A stretch of 64,000 bases of DNA, taken from the NCBI RefSeq assembly GCF_009914755.1, contig NC_060948.1; one strand, written 5' to 3'. Under the pieces are notes generated by a model. It saw only the letters and a list, made by a program, of their open reading frames with translations. It searched no databases and was not told the origin of the DNA. This document shows, piece after piece, positions 46,001 through 61,000 of this stretch (position 1 is its first letter; each line of letters starts with the position of its first letter). A program made the translations under genes and the position numbers. This stretch comes from the human T2T-CHM13v2.0 reference genome, Homo sapiens.

Positions 46001-49000
46001 AAATGTAATGGAATGGAATGGAAAGGAATCGAAACGAAAGGAATGGAGACAGATGGAATGGAATGGAACAGAGAGCAATGGTATAGAATGGAATGGAATC
46101 ATCTGGAATGGAATTGAATGGAATGGAATAATATGAAATGGAATGGAATGGAATGGAATGCCCTTGAATTAAATGGACTGGAATGCAATGGACTCGAACA
46201 GAGTGGAATGGAAAGTGTTGAAATAGAATGGAATGGACTCGTTTGGAATGGTCTAGTATGCAATGCAATCGACTGGCAGGGAATCAAAAGGAATGTAATC
46301 GAATGGATTGGACTGGAATGCAATGGACTCGAATAGATTGGAAACGGAAAGCAAAGGAATGGAATGGAATAGTATGGAATGGAATGCAAAGGAATGGAGT
46401 GGAATAGACTAGAGTGGAATGGAATGGACTCGAAAGCAATGGACTGGAATGGAACTTTCTTGAATGGACTGGAATCAAACGGAATGGAATGCAATGCAAT
46501 CAAATGGCATGGAATAAAATAGAATGAAAGAGAATGAAATGGAATTGAATCGAATGGAATCGAATGGATTGGAAAGGAATAGAATGGAATGGAATGGAAT
46601 TGACTCAAATGGAATGGACTAGAATGGAATGGATTCGAATGGAAGGCAAAGGAATGGAATCTATTGGAATGGACTGTAATGGAATGGAATGGAAGGGATT
46701 GGAATGGACTCGAATGGAATGGACTGCAGTAGAAAGGATTCGAATGGAATGAAAAAGAATTGAATGGAATAGAACAGAATGGAATCAAATCGAATGAAAT
46801 GGAATGGAATAGAAAGGAATGGAATGAAATGGAATGGAAAGGATTCGAATGGAATGCAATCGAATGGAATGCAATCGAATGGAATGGAATCGAACGGAAT
46901 GGAATAAAATGGAAGAAAACTGGCAAGAAATGGAATCGAAATGAATGGAGTGTTATGGAACGGACTCAAAAGGAATTGAATGTAATAGAATGGAGTGGAG
47001 TGGACTCGAATATAATGGACTAGAATGGAATGAAATCACATGGAATGGGAACGAATGGAATGGAATGGAAAGGAATGGAATCGAATGGAAAGGAATCGAA
47101 TGGAAGGGAATGAAATTGAATCAACAGGAATGGAAGGGAGTAGAATAGACGGTAATGGAATGGACTCGAATAGAATGGACACGAATGCTCAAATTGAATG
47201 GACTCGAATGGAATGGCAACGAAAGGAATGTCATCGAATGGAATTGAATCGATTGGAATGAAATCACATAGAATGGAGTGGAATCAAATGGAATTGAATC
47301 GAAAGGAAAGGAAGCGAATGGACTGAAATGAAATGGAATGGAATTGAATGGAAATTAATGCAATGGAATAGAATGGAACGAAATTTCACGGAATGGAATC
47401 AAACTGAATGGAATCAAATCAATGGAATATAATCAAATGGAATGGAAAGGAATTGAATGGAGTAGGTTGGATTGGATGGGATTGGAATGAAATGTACTGG
47501 AAAGGACTCGAATTTCATGAAACGGAATGGAATGAATTAGAACGGAATGGACTCGAATGGAATGGAATGTCATGGAATGGCATCAAATGGAATGGAATCG
47601 AATGCGATGGAATGCTATGGAATGGAATGGAATGCATTGGAATGGAATGTCCTCTAATGGAATGTATTCGAGTGGAATGGAATCGAATATAATGGAGTCT
47701 AATGAAATGGAATTGAAAGGAATGGGACCGAATACAATGGAATATACTGGAATGTAATGTAATGAACTCGAATGTAATTGACTGGAATGGAATGTACATG
47801 AATGGAATGTAATCGAATGGAAAGCAATCCAATGGAATAGAATCTAATGCAATAAAATCGACTCAAATAGAGTAGAATGTAATGGAATGGAGTGCAGTGC
47901 AATGGAATGGAATGGAATGGAATGAAATGGAATGGAATGGAATGGAATGGAATGGGATGGAATGGTATGGAATGGATAGTAATGGACTGGAGTGAAATGG
48001 ACTGGAAAAGAATGGACTCAAATTGAAAGGGCTCGAAAGGAATGGAGTCAAATGGAATGGTCTGGAATGGAATGAACACGAATGTAATGCAATCCAATAG
48101 AATGGAATCGAATGGCATGGAATATAAAGAAATGGAATCGAAGAGAATGGAAACAAATGGAATGGAATTGAATGGAATGGAATTGAATGGAATGGGAACG
48201 AATGGAGTGAAATTGTATGCAGTAGAAGAGAATAGAATGGAATGCAAGCGAAAGGAAAGGAATGGATTGGAATGGAATGGAATTCATTGGAATGGAAGGG
48301 AATGTAGTGTAATGGACAGGCCTGGAATAAAGTGGAATGTTACGGTCTCGAATGGAATAAAAATGTATGGAATGGAATGCAATGAAACGGAATCGAATGT
48401 CATAGAATGTAATGGAATGCAAAAAAATGGACTCCAAAATCATTGACTGGAAAGGCTGGGTGTCGAAAGGAATTGACTCCAATGGAATGGAATCGAATGG
48501 AATGGAAGTGAATAGAATGGAACTAAATCGAATGGAATGGAATTGATAGGAACGGAATGGAAAGGAATGCAATGATTTGGCACGGAATGGAATCGAATGG
48601 CATCGAATGGAATGGAATGGAATGCAATGGAATGGAATGTATTAGAATGTAATGAACTTTAATGGAATGTACTCGAATGGATTCGACTGGAATGGAATGT
48701 TCTTGAAGTGAATGGACCCCAATGGAATGGATTCGAAAGGAATGGAATCTAATGGAATGGAATTAAATGGAAATGAATCAAATTGAATAGAACGGAATTG
48801 AATTGAATGGAATCAAATGCAATGGAATCTAATGAAACGGAAAGGAAAGGAATGGAATGGATTGGAATGGAATGGGCTGGAATGGAATGGAATCGAAACG
48901 AATGGAATGGAATCGAACTGAAGAGACTGGAATGGAATGCACTGGAATGGAAGGGAATGTAATGGAAGGTTCTCGAAAAAAATGGAATCGAAAGGAATGG

Positions 49001-52000
49001 AATTGAATGGAACGGAATAGAGTCGAATGGAATTCAATGGAATGGAATGGACTAGAGTGAAATGGAATCGAACCACAAGGAATGGACAGGAATAGAATGG
49101 TCTCGAATTGAATGGAATCGTATGGAATGGCATCAAACGGAATGGAATGGACAGCCACGGAATGGAATGCACTCGAATGCAATGGAGTCGACACTAATGG
49201 ACTGGAATAGAATGGACTCGACTGGTACGGACTCCAATGGAATGGAATCGAATGGAAGGGAATGGAACGGAATGGACTCGAAGGGAAAAGACTGCAATGG
49301 AAAGGTCTCGAATGGAATGGAAATTAATGGAATGGAATGGAATCGAATGAAATTGAGTCAAAAGGAATGGAATCGAATGGCAAGAAATCGAATGTAATGG
49401 AATCGCAAGGAATTGATGTGAACGGAACGGAATCGAATGGAATCCAAAGGAATGGAATAGAATGGAATGGAATCGAATGGAAAGGACTCGAATGGAAATC
49501 ACTCGAATAGAATGCAATTTAATAAAATAGGATCAAATGTAATGGAATGGAATGGAAAGGAAACGAAACGAAAGGAATGGAGACAGATGGAATGGAATGG
49601 AACAGAGAGCAATGGTATAGAATGGAATGGAATCATCTGGAATGGAATTGAATGGAATGGAATAATATGAAATGGAATGGAATGGAATGGAATGCCCTTG
49701 AATTAAATGGACTGGAATGGAATGGACTCAAACAGAGTGGAATGGAAAGTGTTGAAATAGAATGGAATGGACTCGTTTGGAATGGTCTAGTATGCAATGC
49801 AATCGACTGGCAGGGAATCAAGAGGAATGTAATCGAATGGATTGGACTGGAATGCAATGGACTCGAATAGATTGGAAACGGAATGCAAAGGAATGGAATG
49901 GAATAGTATGGAATGGAATGGAAAGGAATGGAGTGGAATAGACTAGAGTGGAATGGAATGGACTCGAAAGCAATGGACTGGAATGGAACTTTCTTGAATG
50001 GACTGGAATCAAACGGAATGGAATGCAATGCAATCAAATGGCATGGAATAAAATAGAATGAAAGAGAATCAAATGGAATTGAATCGAATGGAATCGAATG
50101 GATTGGAAAGGAATAGAATGGAATGGAATGGAATTGACTCAAATGGAATGGACTAGAATGGAATGGATTCGAATGGAAGGCAAAGGAATGGAATCTATTG
50201 GAATGGACTGTAATGGAATGGAATGGAAGGGATTGGAATGGACTCGAATGGAATGGACTGCAATAGAAAGGATTCGAATGGAATGAAAAAGAACTGAATG
50301 GAATAGAACAGAATGGAATCAAATCGAATGAAATGGAATGGAAGAGAAAGGAATGGAATGAAATGGAATGGAAAGGATTCGAATGGAATGCAATCGAATG
50401 GAATGCAATCGAATGGAATGGAATCGAACGGAATGGAATAAAATGGAAGAAAACTGGCAAGAAATGGAATCGAAATGAATGGAGTGTTATGGAACGGACT
50501 CAAAAGGAATTGAATGTAATAGAATGGAGTGGAGTGGACTCGAATATAATGGACTGGAATGGAATGAAATCACATGGAATGGGAACGAATGGAATGGAAT
50601 GGAAAGGAATGGAATGGAAAGGAATGGAATCGAATGGAAAGGAATCGAATGGAAGGGAATGAAATTGAATCAACAGGAATGGAAGGAAGTAGAATAGACG
50701 GTAATGGAATGGACTCGAATAGAATGGACACGAATGCTCAAATTGAATGGACTCGAATGGAATGGAAACGAAAGGAATGTCGTCGAATGGAATTGAATCG
50801 ATTGGAATGAAATCGCACAGAATGGAGTGGAATCAAATGGAATTGAATCGAAAGGAAAGGAAGCGAATGGTCTGAAATGAAATGGAATGGAATTGAATGG
50901 AAAGTAATGCAAGGGAATAGAATGGAACGAAATTTCACGGAATGGAATCAAACTGAATGGAATCAAATGAATGGAATATAATCAAATGGCATGGAAAGGA
51001 ATTGAATGGAGTAGATTGGATTGGATGGGATTGGAATGAAATGTACTGGAAAGGACTCGAATTTCATGAAATGGAATGGAATGAACTGGAACGGAATGGA
51101 CTCGAATGGAATGGAATGTCATGGAATGGCATCAAATGGAATGGCATCAAATGGAATGGAATCGAATGCAATGGAATGCTATGGAATGGAATGGAATGCA
51201 TTGGAATGGAATGTCCCCTAATGGAATGGATTCGAGTGGAATGGAATCGAATATAATGGAGTCGAATGAAATGGAATTGAAAGGAAAGGGATCGAATACA
51301 ATGGAATATACTGGAATGTAATGTAATGAACTCGAATGTAATTGACTAGAATGGAATGTACATGAATGGAATGTAATCGAATGGAAAATAATCTCATGGA
51401 ATAGAATCTAATGCAATAAAATCGACTCAAATAGAATAGAATGGAATGGAATGGAGTGCAGTGCAATGGAATGGAATGGAATGGAATGCAATGGAATGGA
51501 ATGGAATGGGATGGAATGGTATGGGATGGATAGAAATGGACTGGAGTGAAATGGACTGGAAAGTAATGGACTCAAATTGAAAGAGCTCGAAAGAATGGAG
51601 TCAAATGGAATGGTCTGGAATGGAATGAACACGAATGTAATGCAATCCAATAGAATGGAATCGAATGGCATGGAATATAAAGAAATGGAATCGAAGAGAA
51701 TGGAAACGAATGGAATGGAATTGAATGGAATGGAATTGAATGGAATGGGAACGAATGGAGTGAAATTGTATGCAGTAGAAGAGAATAGAATGGAATGCAA
51801 GCGAAATTAAAGGAATGGATTGGAATGGAATGGAATTCATTGGAATGGAAGGGAATGTATTGCAATGGACAGGTCTTTAATAAAGTGGAATGCTACGGTC
51901 TCGAATGGAATAAAAATGTATGGAATGGAATTCAATGAAACGGAATCGAATGTCATAGAATGTAATGGAATGCAAAAAAATGGAATCCAAAATCATTGAC

Positions 52001-55000
52001 TGGAAAGGCTGGGTGTCGAAAGGAATTGACTCCAATGGAATGAAATCGAATGGAATGGAAGTGAATAGAATCGAAGTAAATCGAATGGAATGGAATTGTT
52101 AGGAACGGAATGGAAAGGAGTGCAATGATTTGGCATGGAATGGAATCGAATGGCATTGAATGGAGTGGAATGGAATGCAATGGAATGGAATGTATTAGAA
52201 TGTAATGAACATTAATGGAATGTACTCGAATGGATTCGACTGGAATGGAATGTTCTGGAAGTGAATGGACTCCAATGGAATGGATTCGAAAGGAATGGAA
52301 TCTAATGGAATGGAATTAAATGGAAACGAATCAAATTGAATAGCACGGAATTGAATTGAATGGAATCGAATGCAATGGAATCTAATGAAATGGAAAGGAA
52401 AGGAATGGAATGGAATGGAATGGGCTGGAGTTGAATGGAATCGATACGAATGGAATGGAATAGAACTGAAGAGACTGGAATGGAATTCACTGGAATGGAA
52501 GGGAGTGTAATGGAAGGATCTCGAAAAAAATGTTATCGAATGGAATGGAATTGAATGGAACGGAATAGAGTCGAATGGAATTCAATGGAATTGAATGGAC
52601 TAGAGTGAAATGGAATCGAACCACAAGGAATGGACAGGAATAGAATGGTCTCGAATTGAATGGAATCGTATGGAATGACATCAAACGGAATGGAATGGAC
52701 AGCCACGGAATGGAATGCACTCGAATGCAATGGAGTCGAAACTAATGGACTGGAATAGAATGGACTCGACTGGTACGGACTCCAATGGAATGGAATCGAA
52801 AGGAAGGGAATCGAACGGAATGGACTCGAAGGGAAAAGACTGCAATGGAAAGGTCTCGAATGGAATGGAAATTAATGGAATGGAATGGAATCGAATGAAA
52901 TTGAGTCAAAAGGAATGGAATCGAATGGCAAGAAATCGAATGTAATGGAATCGCAAGGAATTGATGTGAACGGAACGGAATGGAATGGAATCCAAAGGAA
53001 TGGAATAGAATGGAATGGAATCGAATGGAAAGGACTCGAATGGAAATCACTCGAATAGAATGCAATTTAATAAATAGGATCAAATGTAATGGAATGGAAT
53101 GGAAAGGAATCGAAACGAAAGGAATGGAGACACATGGAATGGAAAGGAACAGAGAGCAATGGTATAGAATGGAATGGAATCATCTGGAATGGAATTGAAT
53201 GGAATGGAATAACATGAAATGGAATGGAATGGAATGGAATGCCCTTGAATTAAATGGACTGGAATGGAATGGACTCGAACAGAGTGGAATGGAAAGTGTT
53301 GAAATAGAATGGAATGGACTCCTTTGGAATGGTCTAGTATGCAATGCAATCGACTGGCAGGGAATCAAAAGGAATGTAATCGAATGGATTGGACTGGAAT
53401 GCAATGGACTCGAATAGATTGGAAACGGAATGCAAAGGAATGGAATGGAATAGTATGGAATGGAATGGAAAGGAATGGAGTGGAATAGACTAGAGTGGAA
53501 TGGAATGGACTGGAAAGCAATGGACTGGAATGGAACTTTCTTGAATGGACTGGAATCAAACGGAATGGAATGCAATGCAATCAAATGGCATGGAATAAAA
53601 TGGAATGAAAGGGAATCAAATGGAATTGAATCGAATGGAATCGAATGGATTGGAAAGGAATAGAATGGAATGGAATGGAATTGACTCAAATGGAATGGAC
53701 TAGAATGGAATGGATTCGAATGGAAGGCAAAGGAATGGAATCTATTGGAATGGACTGTAATGGAATGGAATGGAAGGGATTGGAATGGACTCGAATGGAA
53801 TGGACTGCAATAGAAAGGATTCCAATGGAATGAAAAAGAATTGAATGGAATAGAACAGAATGGAATCAAATCGAATGAAATGGAATGGAATAGAAAGGAA
53901 TGGAATGAAATGGAATGGAAAGGATTCGAATGGAATGCAATCGAATGGAATGGAATCGAACGGAATGGAATAAAATGGAAGAAAACTGGCAAGAAATGGA
54001 ATCGAAATGAATGGAGTGTTATGGAACGGACTCAAAAGGAATTGAATGTAATAGAATGGAGTGGAGTGGACTCGAATATAATGGACTGGAATGGAATGAA
54101 ATCACATGGAATGGGAACGAATGGAATGGAATGGAAAGGAATGGAATCGAATGGAAAGGAATCGAATGGAAGGGAATGAAATTGAATCAACAGGAATGGA
54201 AGGGAATAGAATAGACGGTAATGGAATGGACTCGAATAGAATGGACACGAATGCTCAAATTGAATGGACTCGAATGGAATGGAAACGAAAGGAATGTCAT
54301 CGAATGGAATTGAATCGATTGGAATGAAATCGCATAGAATGGAGTGGAATCAAATGGAATTGAATCGAAAGGAAAGGAAGCGAATGGACTGAAATGAAAT
54401 GGAATGGAATTGAATGGAAAGTAATGCAATGGAATAGAATGGAACGAAATTTCACGGAATGGAATCAAACTGAATGGAATCAAATCAATGGAATCTAATC
54501 AAGTGGAATGGAAAGGAATTGAATGGAGTAGATTGGATAGGATGGGATTGGAATGAAATGTACTGGAAAGGACTCGAGTTTCATGAAACGGAATGGAATG
54601 AATTGGAACGGAATGGACTCGAATGGAATGGAATGTCATGGAATGGCATCAAATGGAATGGCATCAAATGGAATGGAATCGAATGCAATGGAATGCTATG
54701 GAATGGAATGGAATGCATTGGAATGGAATGTCCTCTAATGGAATGGATTCGAGTGGAATGGAATCGAATATAATGGAGTCGAATGAAATGGAATTGAAAG
54801 GAATGGGATCGAATACAATGGAATATACTGGAATGTAATGTAATGAACTCGAATGTAATTGACTGGAATGGAATGTACATGAATGGAATGTAATCGAATG
54901 GAAAGTAATCCAATGGAATAGAATCTAATGCAATAAAATCGACTCAGATAGAGTAGAATGTAATGGAATTGAGTGCAGTGCAATGGAATGGAATGGAATG

Positions 55001-58000
55001 CAATGGAATGGAATGGAATGGAAAGGAATGGAATGGAATGGGATGGAATGGTATGGAATGGATAGTAATGGACTGGAGTGAAATGGACTGGAAATGAATG
55101 GACTCAAATTGAAAGGGCTCGAAAGGAATGGAGTCAAAAGGAATGGTCTGGAATGGAATGAACACGAATGTAATGCAATCCAATAGAATGGAATCGAATG
55201 GCATGGAATATAAAGAAATGGAATCGAAGAGAATGGAAACAAATGGAATGGAATTGAATGGAATGGAATTGAATGGAATGGGAACGAATGGAGTGAAATT
55301 GTATGCAGTAGAAGAGAATAGAATGGAATGCAAGCGAAAGGAAAGGAATGGATTGGAATGGAATGGAATTCATTGGAATGGAAGGGAATGTAGTGTAATG
55401 GACAGGCCTGGAATAAAGTGGAATGCTACGGTCTCAAATGGAATAAAAATGTATGGAATGGAATGCAATGAAACGGAATCGAATGTCATAGAATGTAATG
55501 GAATGCAAAAAAATGGAATCCAAAATCATTGACTGGAAAGGCTGGGTGTCGAAAGGAATTGACTCCAATGGAATGGAATCGAATGGAATGGAAGTGAATA
55601 GAATGGAACTAAATCGAATGGAATGGAATTGATAGGAACGGAATGGAAAGGAATGCAATGATTTGGCATGGAATGGAATCGAATGGCATCGAATGGAATG
55701 GAATGGAATGCAATGGAATGGAATGTATTAGAATGTAATGAACTTTAATGGAATGTACTCGAATGGATTCGACTGGAATGGAATGTTCTGGAAGTGAATG
55801 GACTCCAATGGAATGGATTCAAAAGGAATGGAGTCGTACGGAATGGAATCTAATGGAATGGAATTAAATGGAAATGAATCAAATTGAATAGAACGGAATT
55901 GAATTGAATGGAATCGAATGCAATGGAATCTAATGAAACGGAAAGGAAAGGAATGGAATGGAATGGAATGGGCCGGAATGGAAAGGAATCGAAACGAATG
56001 GAATGGAATCAAACTGAAGAGACTGGAATGGAATGCACTGGAATGGAAGGGAGTGTAATGGAAGGTTCTCGAAAAAAATGGAATCGAATGGAATGGAACT
56101 GAGTGGAACGGAATAGAGTCGAATGGAATTGAATGGAATGGAATGGACTAGAGTGAAATGGAATCGAACCACAAGGAATGGACAGGAATAGAATGGTCTC
56201 GAATTGAATGGAATCGTATGGAATGGCATCAAACGGAATGGAATGGACAGCCACGGAATGGAATGCACTCGAATGCAATGGAGTCGAAACTAATGGACTG
56301 GAATAGAATGGACTCGACTGGTACGGACTCCAATGGAATGGAATCGAATGGAAGGGAATCGAACGGAATGGACTCGAAGGGAAAAGACTGCAATGGAAAG
56401 GTCTCGAATGGAATGGAAATTAATGGAATGGAACGGAATCGAATGAAATGGAGTCAAAAGGAATGGAATCGAATGGCAAGAAATCGAATGCAATGGAATC
56501 GCAAGGAATTGATGTGAACGGAACGGAATGGAATGGAATCCAAAGGAATGGAATAGAATGGAATGGAATCGAATGGAAAGGACTCGAATGGAAATCACTC
56601 GAATAGAATGCAATTTAATAAAATAGGATCAAATGTAATGGAATGGAATGGAAAGGAATCGAAACGAAAGGAATGGAGACAGATGGAATGGAATGGAACA
56701 GAGAACAATGGTATAGAATGGAATGGAATCATCTGGAATGGAATTGAATGGAATGGAATAATATGAAATGGAATGGAATGGAATGGAATGCCCTTGAATT
56801 AAATGGACTGGAATGGAATGGACTCAAACAGAGTGGAATGGAAAGTGTGGATATAGAATGGAATGAACTCCTTTGGAATGGTCTAGTAGACAATGCAATC
56901 GACTGGCAGGGAATCAAAAGGAATGTAATCGAATGGATTGGACTGGAATGCAATGGACTCGAATAGATTGGAAACGGAATGCAAAGGAATGGAATGGAAT
57001 AGTATGGAATGGTATGGAAAGGAATGGAGTGGAATAGACTAGAGTGGAATGGAATGGACTGGAAAGCAATGGACTGGAATGGAACATTCTTGAATGGACT
57101 GGAATCAAAAGGAATGGAATGCAATGCAATCAAATGGCATGGAATAAAATAGAATGAAAGAGAATCAAATGGAATTGAATCGAATGGAATCGAATGGATT
57201 GGAAAGGAATAGAATGGAATGGAATGGAATTGACTCAAATGGAATGGACTAGAATGGAATGGATTCGAATGGAAGGCAAAGGAATGGAATCTATTGGAAT
57301 GGACTGTAATGGAATGGAATGGAAGGGATTGGAATGGACTCGAATGGAATGGACTGCAATAGAAAGGATTCGAATGGAATGAAAAAGAATTGAATGGAAT
57401 AGAACAGAATGGAATCAAATCGAATGAAATGGAATGGAATAGAAAGGAATGGAATGAAATGGAATGGAAAGGATTCGAATGGAATGCAATCGAATGGAAT
57501 GGAATCGAACGGAATGGAATAAAATGGAAGAAAACTGGCAAGAAATGGAATCGAAATGAATGGAGTGTTATGGAACGGACTCAAAAGGAATTGAATGTAA
57601 TAGAATGGAGTGGAGTGGACTCGAATATAATGGACTGGAATGGAATGAAATCACATGGAATGGGAACGAATGGAATGGAATGGAAAGGAATGGAATCGAA
57701 TGGAAAGGAATCGAATGGAAGGGAATGCAATTGAATCAACAGGAATGGAAGGGAATAGAATAGACGGTAATGGAATGGACTCGAATAGAATGGACACGAA
57801 TGCTCAAATTGAATGGACTCGAATGGAATGGAAACGAAAGGAATGTCATCGAATGGAATTGAATCGATTGGAATGAAATCGCATAGAATGGAGTGGAATC
57901 AAATGGAATTGAATCGAAAGGAAAGGAAGCCAATGGACTGAAATGAAATGGATTGGAATGGAATGGAAAGTAATGCAATGGAATAGAATGGAACGAAATT

Positions 58001-61000
58001 TCACGGAATGGAATGAAACTGAATGGAATCAAATCAATGGAATCTAATCAAGTGGAATGGAAAGGAATTGAATGGAGTAGATTGGATTGGATGGGATTGG
58101 AATGAAATGTACTGGAAAGGACTCGAATTTCATGAAACGGAATGGAATGAATTGGAACGGAATGGACTTGAATGGAATGGAATGTCATGGAATGGCATCA
58201 AATGGAATGGCATCAAATGGAATGGAATCGAATGCAATGGAATGCTATGGAATGGAATGGAATGCATTGGAATGGAATGTCCTCTAATGGAATGGATTCG
58301 AGTGGAATGGAATCGAATATAATGGAGTCGAATGAAATGGAATTGAAAGGAATGGGATCGAATACAATGGAATATACTGGAATGTAATGTAATGAACTTG
58401 AATGTAATTGACTGGAATGGAATGTACATGAATGGAATGTAATCGAATGGAAAGTAATCCAATGGAATAGAATCTAATGCAATAAAATCGACTCAGATAG
58501 AGTAGAATGTAATGGAATGGAGTGAAGTGCAATGGAATGGAATGGAATGGAATGCAATGGAATGGAATGGAATGGAATGGAATGGAATGGAATGGAATGG
58601 AATGGTGTGGAATGGATAGTAATGGACTGGAGTGAAATGGACTGGAAATGAATGGACTCAAATTGAAAGGGCTCGAAAGGAATGGAGTCAAATGGAATGG
58701 TCTGGAATGGAATGAACACGAATGTAATGCAATCCAATAGAATGGAATCGAATGGCATGGAATATAAAGAAATGGAATCGAAGAGAATGGAAACAAATGG
58801 AATGGAATTGAATGGAATGGAATTGAATGGAATGGAATTGAATGGAGTGAAATTGTATGCAGTAGAAGAGAATAGAATGGAATGCAAGCGAAAGGAAAGG
58901 AATGGATTGGAATGGAATGGAATTCATTGGAATGGAAGGGAATGTAGTGTAATGGACAGGCCTGGAATAAAGTGGAATGCTACGGTCTCGAATGGAATAA
59001 AAATGTATGGAATGGAATGCAATGAAACGGAATCGAATGTCATAGAATGTAATGGAATGCAAAAAAATGGAATCCAAAATCATTGACTGGAAAGGCTGGA
59101 TGTCGAAAGGAATTGACTCCAATGGAATGGAATCGAATAGAATGGAAGTGAATAGAATCGAACTAAATCGAATGGAATGGAATTGATAGGAACGGAATGG
59201 AAAGGAATGCAATGATTTGGCATGGAATGGAAACGAATGGTATCTAATGGAATGGAATGTAATGTAATGGAATGGAATGTATTAGAATGTAATGAACTTT
59301 AATGGAATGTACTCGAATGGATTCGACTGGAATGGAATGTTCTGGAAGTGAACGGACTCCAATGGAATGGATTCAAACGGAATGGAATCGTACGGAATGG
59401 AATCTAATGGAATGGAATTAAATGGAAATGAATCAAATTGAATAGAACGGAATTGAATTGAATGGAATGGAATGCAATGGAATCTAATGAAACGGAAAGG
59501 AAAGGAATGGAATGGAATGGAATGGTCTGGAATGGAAAGGAATCGAAACGAATGGAACGGAATCGAACTGAAGAGACTGGAATGGAATGCACTGGAATGG
59601 AAGGGAGTGTAATGGAAGGTTCTCGAAAAAAATGGAATCGAATGGAATGGAATTGAATGGAACGGAATAGAGTCGAATGGAATTGAATGGAATGGAATGG
59701 ACTAGAGTGAAATGGAATCGAACCACAAGGAATGGACAGGAATAGAATGGTCTCGAATTGAATGGAATCGTATGGAATGGCATCAAACGGAATGGAATGG
59801 ACAGCCACGGAATGGAATGCACTCGAATGCAATGGAGTCGAAACTAATGGACTGGAATAGAATGGACTCGACTGGTATGGACTCCAATGGAATGGAATCG
59901 AATGGAAGGGAATCGAACGGAATGGACTCGAAGGGAAAAGACTGCAATGGAAAGGTCTCGAATGGAATGGAAATTAATGGAATGGAATGGAATCGAATGA
60001 AATGGAGTCAAAAGGAATGGAATCGAATGGCAAGAAATCGAATGTAATGGAATCGCAAGGAATTGATGTGAACGGAACGGAATGGAATGGAATCCAAAGG
60101 AATGGAATAGAATGGAATGGAATCGAATGGAAAGGACTCGAATGGAAATCACTCGAATAGAATGCAATTTAATAAAATAGGATCAAATGTAATGGAATGG
60201 AATGGAAAGGAATCGAAACGAAAGGAATGGAGACAGATGGAATGGAATGGAACAGAGAGCAATGGTATAGAATGGAATGGAATCATCTGGAATGGAATTG
60301 AATGGAATGGAATAATATGAAATGGAATGGAATGGAATGGAATGGAATGCCCTTGAATTAAATGGACTGGAATGGAATGGACTCGAACAGAGTGGAATGG
60401 AAAGTGTTGAGATAGAATGGAATGGACTCCTTCGGAATGGTGTAGTATGCAATGCAATCGACTGGCAGGGAATCAAAAGGAATGTAATGGAATGGATTGG
60501 ACTGGAATGCAATGGACTCGAATAGATTGGAAACGGAATGCAAAGGAATGGAATGGAATAGTATGGAATGGAATGGAAAGGAATGGAGTGGAATAGACTA
60601 GAGTGGAATGGAATGGACTGGAAAGCAATGGACTGGAATGGAACTTTCTTGAATGGACTGGAATCAAACGGAATGGCGTGCAATGCAATCAAATGGCATA
60701 GAATAAGATAGAATGAAAGAGAATTAAATGGAATTGAATGGAATGGAATCGAATGGATTGGAAAGGAATAGAATGGAATGGAATGGAATTGACTCAAATG
60801 GAATGGACTAGAATGGAATGGATTCGAATGGAAGGCAAAGGAATGGAATCTATTGGAATGGACTGTAATGGAATGCAATGGAAGGGATTGGAATGGACTC
60901 GAATGGAATGGACTGCAATAGAAAGGATTCGAATGGAATGAAAAAGAATTGAATGGAATAGAACAGAATGGAATCAAATCGAATGAAATGGAATGGAATA

